From an uncultured virus (IMG/VR IMGVR_UViG_3300009159_005817) (lineage: Duplodnaviria > Heunggongvirae > Uroviricota > Caudoviricetes), in the IMG/VR virus record IMGVR_UViG_3300009159_005817, positions 1-64,000 of that record: 64,000 nt of DNA; one strand, 5' to 3'. The notes below the pieces were generated by a model that was given only the letters and a program-made list of their open reading frames with translations, was not told where the DNA came from and did no database searches. Shown here one piece after another: positions 20,210 through 28,148 of this stretch. Position numbers and translations under genes: made by a program. Positions within the stretch are counted from its first letter, which is position 1. Every line of letters begins with the position of its first letter.

Positions 20210-20956
20210 ATGGCTAAAAGAAGAAAGAATTATCAAGAGGAAGAACAAGATTACCAAGAGGTAATCAATCATTTCCAACCAAATCAACCCATTCTTGAAA
20301 AATACAAAATTGAGTTAAAACCTAAAAGCGAAAATCAAAAGATTTTTTTAGACTTAATAAGTAATAAGGAAATTGTAATATGTTCGGGTCCAGCTGGTAC
20401 AGGTAAAACTTTCTTAGCTTGCGTTCAAGCACTTAAATTATTCAAATCCGAATTTAAGTATCGTAAAATCGTATTAGTAAAATCCGTTACAACTCTTAAG
20501 GATGAAGAGATTGGTTATCTTAAAGGAACTATGGAAGAAAAAATGGAACCTTTCGTTTATTCATTCTTTCACAACTTCGAGAAAATCCTTCCCAAGAATG
20601 TTATTAAAAATTTAAAAGACTCTCAATCAATTGAAGTTCTTCCTCTTGCATATATGCGAGGAATTAATCTAGATAATTGTATTGTAATTGTCGATGAATG
20701 TCAAAATATTACACCTGATAATATGAGAACTATTATGACTCGTATAGGTGAAAATTGTAAGATGATATTCTTAGGTGATGAAGGTCAAATCGATTTGAAA
20801 AATAAGAAAAACTCTTCTTTACAGCTAATCATGGATAAATTCTCAACGGTTCCAGCAATTGGATGTATTAGATTCACCGAAGAAGATACGGTTAGAAATC
20901 CATTAATCAGAAAAATAGAAGAAGTTTTTAGATCTATTTCTAATCCTACTGCATAA
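20210..20956 (+). CDS. phoH: PhoH family ATPase
   Basis: GPAGTGKT, IGYLKG, LAYMRG, VDECQN, LGDEGQID, VRNPLI. Confidence 0.95.
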   Translation: MAKRRKNYQEEEQDYQEVINHFQPNQPILEKYKIELKPKSENQKIFLDLISNKEIVICSGPAGTGKTFLACVQALKLFKSEFKYRKIVLVKSVTTLKDEEIGYLKGTMEEKMEPFVYSFFHNFEKILPKNVIKNLKDSQSIEVLPLAYMRGINLDNCIVIVDECQNITPDNMRTIMTRIGENCKMIFLGDEGQIDLKNKKNSSLQLIMDKFSTVPAIGCIRFTEEDTVRNPLIRKIEEVFRSISNPTA

Positions 20957-20963
20957 AATAGGT

Positions 20964-21485
20964 ATGAAAAGAAAAAAGCCAAATGTCTTCTTAATATCCG
21001 ATACTTTCTTTGGTAGAAATTTAGCTGCCGTTGAAAGAGGATTTGAGAGTGTAGAAGAGATGGAAGATAACATGATTGATTTATGGAATGAAACCGTCGG
21101 TGAAGATGATGTAGTATATCATTTAGGTAATTTTGCATGGGATCCTATTTCAGCAGAAACGGCAATCAATTTTCTGAAAGGTAAAATTTATTTCGTATCC
21201 GGTAAATGTGATACCTTTCTACCGACCATATCTTTAGTTAAAACTGGAGTTCATACTTTATTTACCAATCAGATTGGAACTATGAAAGATCACAATTTTA
21301 TATTTTCTCATTGGCCTATGTTAGATTGGCCTGGAAAAGAAAATGGATTTATGCAATTTCATGCCGGAGAAGAACCAACAAATATTAAAGAACAACGAAT
21401 CAATGTCAATTGTAAGAATTGGGGTTTAAAACCAGTTGCCCTAGATGCTATACTTGATATTATTGAAATAACAAATAAAAAATAA
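20964..21485 (+). CDS. Calcineurin-like metallophosphoesterase homologue with degenerate metal ligands
   Basis: ISDTFFG, WNETV...DVVYHLGNF, VSGKCD, FSHWP, FHAG. Confidence 0.7.
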   Translation: MKRKKPNVFLISDTFFGRNLAAVERGFESVEEMEDNMIDLWNETVGEDDVVYHLGNFAWDPISAETAINFLKGKIYFVSGKCDTFLPTISLVKTGVHTLFTNQIGTMKDHNFIFSHWPMLDWPGKENGFMQFHAGEEPTNIKEQRINVNCKNWGLKPVALDAILDIIEITNKK

Positions 21486-22381
21486 ACATAGAGCCTCACT
21501 CTTGTTTGTCTTGGGTTTAATCACCCTAGAGTAGTCTAATCGGCTACAATAAGATTAACAAACTAAAAACAAAGGTAAAAATGTACACAACAACCACAAC
21601 AGAAAAAGCTTGCGAAGCTCATATCGCTATTAATCACAGCCGTCTAAAGAGCTATGATAAAAATCGCTACTATCTTAAAGATAAAACAAATTTCGAGATA
21701 GAGGTATTCAATCCACATACCGTTTCGGTATTAGCAAAAATCAAAATGAATGGTGAGTATATCTCAACTGCCGGATTGATTATTAAACCAGGTCAACGAG
21801 TATTTCTTTCTCGTTATCTAGACACAAACAATTCCTTCCTTTTCGAAACATATGATGTTGAGAATAATCATGAAGTACTTGAAGCAATTGCCAACAATGG
21901 TAAAATTGAAGTTGAATTCTTCTTAGAACAGAATTATTATAATCCTACTTTTAGTGGAATATCGTGGACTTCATCGCCAACGGTTTATTATCAAAACAAC
22001 TTCCATAATGGAAATATGTTGTTCGATTCACAACCCATCTTTGGAGGAATTGCCTCTACCTTCACATCATCTCTTAATATGCCTATTGCCGGTAGTTCAG
22101 ATGTAAAATCTCTTTCGGTAGATGCATCAATAGAAACGGGAAGAATTGAGAAAGGTGAAAAGACTAATCAAAAAATGGAATCATCTTATGGATCTTATAA
22201 TTCATGGCCAACGAACGCCATTCAAATTCAGCTATTCCCGGAATCAATCAAACCAATTGAGGTTTCTGAAATTCGTACATATTGTACTGAATGTGGAACT
22301 CGAATGAAAAAACAAACATGGAAATTCTGCCCTAATTGCGGAACTAAAAATGACTAATTAGAGAGTGAGGCCTCTATGTTT
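21484..22381. repeat. Long-range inverted repeat (19/20 nt) bracketing the 21581 gene and its leader
   Basis: AAACATAGAGCCTCACTCT (21484-21502) versus AGAGTGAGGCCTCTATGTTT (22362-22381); one-base bulge. Confidence 0.85.
21581..22357 (+). CDS. Hypothetical protein with C-terminal double-CxxC zinc ribbon
   Basis: YCTECG...FCPNCG at the C-terminus. Confidence 0.75.
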   Translation: MYTTTTTEKACEAHIAINHSRLKSYDKNRYYLKDKTNFEIEVFNPHTVSVLAKIKMNGEYISTAGLIIKPGQRVFLSRYLDTNNSFLFETYDVENNHEVLEAIANNGKIEVEFFLEQNYYNPTFSGISWTSSPTVYYQNNFHNGNMLFDSQPIFGGIASTFTSSLNMPIAGSSDVKSLSVDASIETGRIEKGEKTNQKMESSYGSYNSWPTNAIQIQLFPESIKPIEVSEIRTYCTECGTRMKKQTWKFCPNCGTKND

Positions 22382-22385
22382 TAAT

Positions 22386-22457
22386 TTGTTAATAACTTTA
22401 TTCAAATAAATTTTTTTATTCCACAAAAAAGTATTATATTTGTATATACAATTTAAA
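22386..22457 (+). promoter_or_regulatory. Repeated promoter cassette copy 4
   Basis: TTGTTAATAAC at 22386; TATATTTG at 22435. Confidence 0.8.
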
Positions 22458-22468
22458 ACAATATACAT

Positions 22469-22669
22469 ATGACAATGACTAAATTAGACTACAACAAAAT
22501 CTCAAACGTATTCGTAGGTGGAATCGATATGGAAGATTTTCCAGATTTCTGTGACGCTTACATCGAATCTGCTGATTATGATAATCGTGAAATGACCGAC
22601 GAAGAATTAGATATTCTTAACGAAGACGGTAGCTTTATTTCCGAACACGCACATTCACAAATTTGTTAA
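22469..22669 (+). CDS. Small acidic hypothetical protein
   Basis: ORF after promoter; very Asp/Glu-rich. Confidence 0.65.
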   Translation: MTMTKLDYNKISNVFVGGIDMEDFPDFCDAYIESADYDNREMTDEELDILNEDGSFISEHAHSQIC

Positions 22670-22670
22670 T

Positions 22671-22832
22671 ATGATAATTTACATGATACAAACTCTTCAG
22701 ATGTTCGTAAACATAAGAGGAGAAGAATTCGCAAAACGAATTTCAGAATGTGGAAGATTCCAACAAACTAAAGATGGAGTTCCATTTTTAATAATTGAAG
22801 ACGAAGATAAACTTAATACTCTACTAAATTAA
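22671..22832 (+). CDS. 53-aa hypothetical protein (not in ORF track)
   Basis: MIIYMIQTLQMFVNIRGEEF...NTLLN*; abuts its neighbours. Confidence 0.5.
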   Translation: MIIYMIQTLQMFVNIRGEEFAKRISECGRFQQTKDGVPFLIIEDEDKLNTLLN

Positions 22833-22833
22833 T

Positions 22834-22995
22834 ATGGAAGATAAAGAGATAATCATAAAAGCAATCGCTCAAAGAATCAAAGATGAGCAAAAGAAACATG
22901 AACGAAGTATTCCAGATTGGCATGAAATTGCTGCACGAAAAATATATGCTTCATTAGATATTAAACCTAAAACAGATTCAGATGAAAACTTATGA
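22834..22995 (+). CDS. 53-aa hypothetical protein (not in ORF track)
   Basis: MEDKEIIIKAIAQRIKDEQKKH...DENL*. Confidence 0.5.
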   Translation: MEDKEIIIKAIAQRIKDEQKKHERSIPDWHEIAARKIYASLDIKPKTDSDENL

Positions 22996-23209
22996 ACCAA
23001 CCGATTCTATGCGAACGAATCAACTATCATTTACTCCAGGAGGATCTACTATAAAGGTTCTATATGAAACTCATGAAGTGGTATACACAAAAGTAAAATA
23101 TCCAAATGCATATATTAGGAAAATTCTAACCGATGCTCAACCTGAAGCAATTTGGATAAACGATCAATTAACACACATAAAAAAAGATGGGACGATTACG
23201 AAACTTTAA
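22982..23209 (+). CDS. Hypothetical protein
   Basis: ORF in tandem array. Confidence 0.6.
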   Translation: MKTYEPTDSMRTNQLSFTPGGSTIKVLYETHEVVYTKVKYPNAYIRKILTDAQPEAIWINDQLTHIKKDGTITKL

Positions 23210-23678
23210 TAAATTAAAATGGAAACCTTTTCAATTGAGAGAGGGTTCAATTTCCATAACTAATTACTTTATCGATAAAGATGGAAAGAAATGTCCAATG
23301 CAATCACATTTAGATATTCCCAAATATTCATTCTTTGAGATTGTAAAATGGGAACCTAATCAATATTATGGTAAGCTTCAAGAATATTTAGATAATGGAT
23401 GGAACATATCATTTGGCGGAGATTTCCTTCAACGGAATAATACCTCTATTTCTCTATCATTCTTTACCGGATCTCCTGAATCTTGTTTCATGCTTGCCTC
23501 ATGGGAAAACATGGATCATGATGAAAAATCTCCTGACCTTAAATTTGTAGGATCTCGTCCAATGGATTTAAATGAAGAAGAACAGGCAATTTTCATGCAG
23601 ATTGCAAAAGCCGGTCAACAACATATAGAAAAGGTATTAAGCAAATTCAACGAAGAAGATCACGATCATTGGAATTAA
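23187..23678 (+). CDS. Hypothetical protein
   Basis: ORF in tandem array; start uncertain. Confidence 0.6.
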   Translation: MGRLRNFNKLKWKPFQLREGSISITNYFIDKDGKKCPMQSHLDIPKYSFFEIVKWEPNQYYGKLQEYLDNGWNISFGGDFLQRNNTSISLSFFTGSPESCFMLASWENMDHDEKSPDLKFVGSRPMDLNEEEQAIFMQIAKAGQQHIEKVLSKFNEEDHDHWN

Positions 23679-23679
23679 A

Positions 23680-23751
23680 TTGTTAATAACTTTTGAAACA
23701 AATATTTTTTTATTCCAAAAAGATTTATTATATTTGTATATACAATTTAAA
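23680..23751 (+). promoter_or_regulatory. Repeated promoter cassette copy 5
   Basis: TTGTTAATAAC at 23680; TATATTTG at 23729. Confidence 0.8.
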
Positions 23752-23762
23752 ACAATATACAT

Positions 23763-24032
23763 ATGACACACAGAGAATTCCATTTAAACGTAACAAAAGC
23801 AATTACCGAAAACTCCGGTAGAGAAGTTTATCCCATAATATACAAAGTTGGTGATACTTTAACACTTAACGAAAAACAATTCGATGATCTTCAATCTGGT
23901 TCTACTATCACTTTTTATACTAACGAAGGAATCATGGAATTTGACAAATATAATTTTAATAATGAAGTTTCCTTCACAGAAATAACCGTTCAATCCGGAA
24001 CTCGCAAATTAGGTCAACGTAAAAAGAAATAA
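23763..24032 (+). CDS. Hypothetical protein
   Basis: ORF after promoter cassette. Confidence 0.6.
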   Translation: MTHREFHLNVTKAITENSGREVYPIIYKVGDTLTLNEKQFDDLQSGSTITFYTNEGIMEFDKYNFNNEVSFTEITVQSGTRKLGQRKKK

Positions 24033-24033
24033 T

Positions 24034-24100
24034 TTGTTAATAACTTTCCATCAATAAATTTTACTTTACCAATTTTTTTTATTATATTATACTATAAATA
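24034..24100 (+). promoter_or_regulatory. Repeated promoter cassette copy 6 (variant -7 box TATATTAT, followed by TATAAATA)
   Basis: TTGTTAATAAC at 24034; TATATTAT at 24083; TATAAATA at 24093. Confidence 0.7.
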
Positions 24101-24121
24101 ATAACTTAAACAAATCAACTT

Positions 24122-24721
24122 ATGGCTAAAAACGAATCATTAAAGGAATTAGGCGTTTCATTTAAAGAAACCAGATCAGAACGAGTATTTACCGATTTGT
24201 ATCATCGACTTAAACCAGGATTAACAAATTATGTCTTTCAAATTGTAAAAGATTACGATATGTCTAATCATATTGTTTCGGCGGTAATGTCTGAGGTTTA
24301 CAATAAAATCGATAAATATGATCCCAAATGGCATATATCAACGTGGATTTATCGAATAGCATACACTCATGCTTGTGGTTATCTTCGTGCTAAAAAAGTA
24401 CAAAGAACGGTTTCCCTTTCTGCATTCGATAACGATGAAAATCGTAACCGTTTACATAAACTTGAATTTGAATCTATCGAAGATCATCGTGATGCAATCG
24501 AAAAACGTGAGGATGCTGATGCGGAAAAAGCACACATTTTATACCTTCGTACAATCGTCGATAATTTACCAATCGAATATCGTGAGGTAGTAGTTGAAAA
24601 ATTCTATAACGATTTAAAATACGATGAAATCGCCGAGAAACTAAATATTCCATTACATACCGTAAAAAATCGAATTTCTCGAGGAAAACGAATCATTCAA
24701 GAAGAACTTACCAAAAAATAA
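24122..24721 (+). CDS. RNA polymerase sigma-70 family (ECF-like) sigma factor
   Basis: Region 2 ISTWIYRIAY; region 4 LPIEYREVV...LKYDEIAEKLNIPLHTVKNRISRGK. Confidence 0.9.
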   Translation: MAKNESLKELGVSFKETRSERVFTDLYHRLKPGLTNYVFQIVKDYDMSNHIVSAVMSEVYNKIDKYDPKWHISTWIYRIAYTHACGYLRAKKVQRTVSLSAFDNDENRNRLHKLEFESIEDHRDAIEKREDADAEKAHILYLRTIVDNLPIEYREVVVEKFYNDLKYDEIAEKLNIPLHTVKNRISRGKRIIQEELTKK

Positions 24722-24737
24722 ATTAATTTGAAATATT

Positions 24738-24770
24738 CAATTGTCACTTATCAATGATAGGTGACAATTG
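24738..24770. terminator. Strong hairpin after the sigma gene (putative terminator or processing site)
   Basis: CAATTGTCACTTATCA-A-TGATAGGTGACAATTG. Confidence 0.6.
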
Positions 24771-24844
24771 CTGTTCCTACAGACCGCTAGTAGTAAGCAA
24801 TTTTTTCATCACTTTTAGGATACATATCTTAAAACAAAAACAAA

Positions 24845-26767
24845 ATGAAGAAATTGCTTAAATCATTTCTATTGATGATTATTCTAGCTCTTCCAATTCT
24901 TACGTTTGCACAATCTGGTCCACCAGCACCAAGTGCAGGAATCTGGGCTTTAATAGATACCAACTATTCTGTTGGTACATCAACATTAGGAATATCAAAA
25001 GCCAGAATAACTCTTAAAAACACAACCAGTACATTATATACTGGTGTACAATTTAGAGTATTCTACGACAAAAATGCTTTCTCATCTGCATCAGTTGCTT
25101 TAGTAGGATCAACAACTAATCTTTACCTACAATCAGTAGATAACAATACGGCAGGTTATGTTACTATGTCTCTAGTTTATACAGGAAATAGTTCAGCATA
25201 TACATTAGCAGACGGTGAAAGATTTGAAATTACATTTAATCACGTATCATCCGGTGCATTTTTTGCCTTACCAAGTATTAGTGCATTAACCTGGACTGGT
25301 TCTGCTACTTTTCCTGAGATTGCTGCTGAGCAAACTGGTTTAGATACGGTCTTAAATTTACATAGTTATGGTGGAACTTGGTTAAGACCACAACTTAGTT
25401 ATCATGGTAAATTTACTAACGTAACCGCAACACCAGCTAAAAACCTTCCGCTTTCATTAGAAAAAAAAGTTAAGATTGGTGGAACTTGGGGTGCACATGC
25501 AACTTACACAACTAACCTTTTAGGAGTATTTTCATTTACGGAATTAATCGATACAACTTATTATGATGTTCGTCTTTCTATTCAAGGAGATACAATGTCA
25601 GTTGGTAACGTTATTTCAACTGCCGATGCTCAGCTAATTAATCAATGGGTTCTTGGTGGAGCTACTCCTTCTGGATTTGATTTTTATACTGGAGACGTTA
25701 ATTCATCTAATGGAATATCCATCACCGATGCTTATGGAGTATTTGGTAGAATTGCCGGTAGATTTAGCACTTGGCCTAACTCAGTTAAAGATGTAAAATT
25801 CTTTACTGAAACAGAATATACCACAATCGTTGGAACCCCAACCACAAACTTTACTGGAACTATTTCAGGAGCTACGAACTTCTATTTTGATATACTTCCT
25901 GGAGCACCAGATAGTGTAACTTATTATGTATGTGTACCTGGTGATGCAAATGGAACCGGTTATCATATGGCTCGTCTAACCCCAATAGATATTATTGTTA
26001 GTCCACCTGCCGGAACTCCTATCCAACAAGAAAATGTTATTGATATGAAAGTTGAATATGACTTTCCTACATCTTCTATGGAAATAGGTCTACCTTCACT
26101 TTCTGTTAAAGAAGGAAATCTAGTGGAACTTCCAGTTACTGTTAAAACTAATGGAAAAGATATTTCAGCATTACAACTTTCAATGCTATACGATCAAACG
26201 CTTTTACAATTCAAAGATGTTAAGAATTCTCAAAAATCCATGTTTTGGATGTCTTCTATTAATCCTATGAATGGTATTATAGAATGGGCCGGATATGATC
26301 CTTCATCTAACAAATCATATATGATTTCTGATGGATATGAAATATTCACTCTTCGTTTCTTGGCTTTGAAACCTCAAGCAGAATGGAATCAATCACCTCT
26401 TTATACTTCTCGTAAATTTTCAGGTGATGCTTATTCTAAAGATATGAATATTACTCCAGCAAATGGAATTTTGATTGTCGCTAAAATGGCACCTATTTCT
26501 GGAGGTTTAAGTGAAAATGAAATGACTATATTTCCAAATCCAACATCTGGTGAAATTACCATCGACTTTACCGTAAAACAGACAGGTCGAGTAAAGTTAT
26601 ATATAGTAGGCATGAATGGAGAAATCAATCACATAATTCTTGATAAAGATATGCCAGAAGGTGAATATGTTTATACTTCAAATATTAATCATCTTACTCA
26701 AGGAATTTATGTTGCTTCTTTACAAGCCAAGAATCAAACTATAAGTAAAAAAATAATCAAAAACTAA
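24845..26767 (+). CDS. Secreted protein: signal peptide, cohesin-like domains, dockerin-like motif, T9SS type A C-terminal sorting domain
   Basis: GVQFRVFYD and ALQLSMLYD (cohesin-like); GDVNSSNGISITDA (dockerin-like); IFPNP...GIYVASL...KKIIKN. Confidence 0.8.
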   Translation: MKKLLKSFLLMIILALPILTFAQSGPPAPSAGIWALIDTNYSVGTSTLGISKARITLKNTTSTLYTGVQFRVFYDKNAFSSASVALVGSTTNLYLQSVDNNTAGYVTMSLVYTGNSSAYTLADGERFEITFNHVSSGAFFALPSISALTWTGSATFPEIAAEQTGLDTVLNLHSYGGTWLRPQLSYHGKFTNVTATPAKNLPLSLEKKVKIGGTWGAHATYTTNLLGVFSFTELIDTTYYDVRLSIQGDTMSVGNVISTADAQLINQWVLGGATPSGFDFYTGDVNSSNGISITDAYGVFGRIAGRFSTWPNSVKDVKFFTETEYTTIVGTPTTNFTGTISGATNFYFDILPGAPDSVTYYVCVPGDANGTGYHMARLTPIDIIVSPPAGTPIQQENVIDMKVEYDFPTSSMEIGLPSLSVKEGNLVELPVTVKTNGKDISALQLSMLYDQTLLQFKDVKNSQKSMFWMSSINPMNGIIEWAGYDPSSNKSYMISDGYEIFTLRFLALKPQAEWNQSPLYTSRKFSGDAYSKDMNITPANGILIVAKMAPISGGLSENEMTIFPNPTSGEITIDFTVKQTGRVKLYIVGMNGEINHIILDKDMPEGEYVYTSNINHLTQGIYVASLQAKNQTISKKIIKN

Positions 26768-26772
26768 TAATC

Positions 26773-27102
26773 ATGTCAGAAGAAACACAAGATCAAAATG
26801 ACGGAACTTGGTCAGGTCTAAAGAAAACTTTAATAGGAACTCTAACCACAGTTATTGCTGGCGGAGGAATCTGGTTATCTACTACTCTATTTGGTGGTGG
26901 ACACGAAGATAAAGAAGAAACTAAAACCGAGCAAGCTGCACCAGCACCAGTTGTAATTAATGTACAACAAAATCAAGAGAATACTCAAAAACAACAAAAC
27001 AATGGTGGTACCACTACTATCATCAAAGAAAGAGTTATAGAGAAAGCTCCTGCTGAAAAGAAAGAAGAAAAGAAAAAAGAATCTGAGGATGCTCCTTGGT
27101 AA
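26773..27102 (+). CDS. Single-pass membrane protein
   Basis: One TM segment then a Q/N/E/K-rich tail. Confidence 0.65.
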   Translation: MSEETQDQNDGTWSGLKKTLIGTLTTVIAGGGIWLSTTLFGGGHEDKEETKTEQAAPAPVVINVQQNQENTQKQQNNGGTTTIIKERVIEKAPAEKKEEKKKESEDAPW

Positions 27103-27121
27103 TTAAAAAAATTAAAACAAA

Positions 27122-27418
27122 ATGGCTAAATTACAAAACACCAAACCTGGATTCTTTAAGAGAATGTTTATGGATGATAACGATATTAATGAAAAATCTA
27201 TCGTTGGATTTTGTGCTTTCATTGTGATGGTTATTGCATTTGGAGTTGATATTTATACCGGTTTCAAAGGTATGCCTTTCGAGATTAATGAATTCATTTT
27301 TGATGGATTTATGGTTATTACTTTAGGTGCATTTGGTATCGCTTCAGTTGATAAGTACTTAACCGGAAAGAATAAAAATGAGAGTTCATCATCTAATGAA
27401 GAACCGCCTATTGAATAA
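27122..27418 (+). CDS. Two-TM small membrane protein
   Basis: Two hydrophobic helices. Confidence 0.65.
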   Translation: MAKLQNTKPGFFKRMFMDDNDINEKSIVGFCAFIVMVIAFGVDIYTGFKGMPFEINEFIFDGFMVITLGAFGIASVDKYLTGKNKNESSSSNEEPPIE

Positions 27419-27428
27419 ACCAAAATTT

Positions 27429-28148
27429 ATGAAAGCGATTATAATTTCTATATTGCTATTATTTTTTGCTCAAGCAAGTATTGCTCAGATTGGTACTATA
27501 AAATCTGAGCAATATCAAGCTGAGTTTGAAAAGAAGCAATCTCTTGATGCATTACCAGAATATACTGATACAGTTAAAGTTCCCATTCAAATTCTTAAAA
27601 TTGGAATCAATTCAGAATTGTATGAGATGTACCCTGAATTGAAAGATAAAAGAGTTGGTTTAGGTGTAACTAATATTGTTCTAGAATATCTTGAATATAC
27701 TAATCGTTTTGTATTCACTGAAGATAAACTTGAAATTAAAGAACGTATGGTTCAGCAATTTAAAGCATCTGATAAAGGATTTACTGAAAATAAAATAGAC
27801 GGTAGAGGAAAGATCAAACTCGCTAAATATTTTGTTTATATTGAGGTCTATGATTTTTCTGTATCTGATGATGAAGTTGTAAAAATTAATGGCGAATCAA
27901 AAACCACTCAAATAACTCGTTTAGGTTTACAAATTAAATTTGTGGATGCTGAGACTGGTGAAATTATTATGGGATCCGGTCTTGGTGAAGCATCAACTAT
28001 TAAGACGGTTTCTATTTTAGATGGAGTTGATGATAGTGAAATTAAGTTCAATCAATCACACATTGGTATAACTACCAAGAAATCTCTTGAAACGGCATCT
28101 TCTAGAATTGTTTCGAGAATGATTAAAAAAGGCATATTCAAATCGTAA
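27429..28148 (+). CDS. CsgG/HfaB-like secreted protein
   Basis: Signal peptide from ATG 27429; TNRFVFTE, AKYFVYIEVYDF, LQIKFVDAETGEI pattern. Confidence 0.7.
   Translation: MKAIIISILLLFFAQASIAQIGTIKSEQYQAEFEKKQSLDALPEYTDTVKVPIQILKIGINSELYEMYPELKDKRVGLGVTNIVLEYLEYTNRFVFTEDKLEIKERMVQQFKASDKGFTENKIDGRGKIKLAKYFVYIEVYDFSVSDDEVVKINGESKTTQITRLGLQIKFVDAETGEIIMGSGLGEASTIKTVSILDGVDDSEIKFNQSHIGITTKKSLETASSRIVSRMIKKGIFKS

Noticed and set aside
21484..22381. Retron or group I/II intron interpretation of the inverted-repeat-bracketed gene
   Set aside because: No reverse transcriptase or homing endonuclease motifs, and no interrupted host gene
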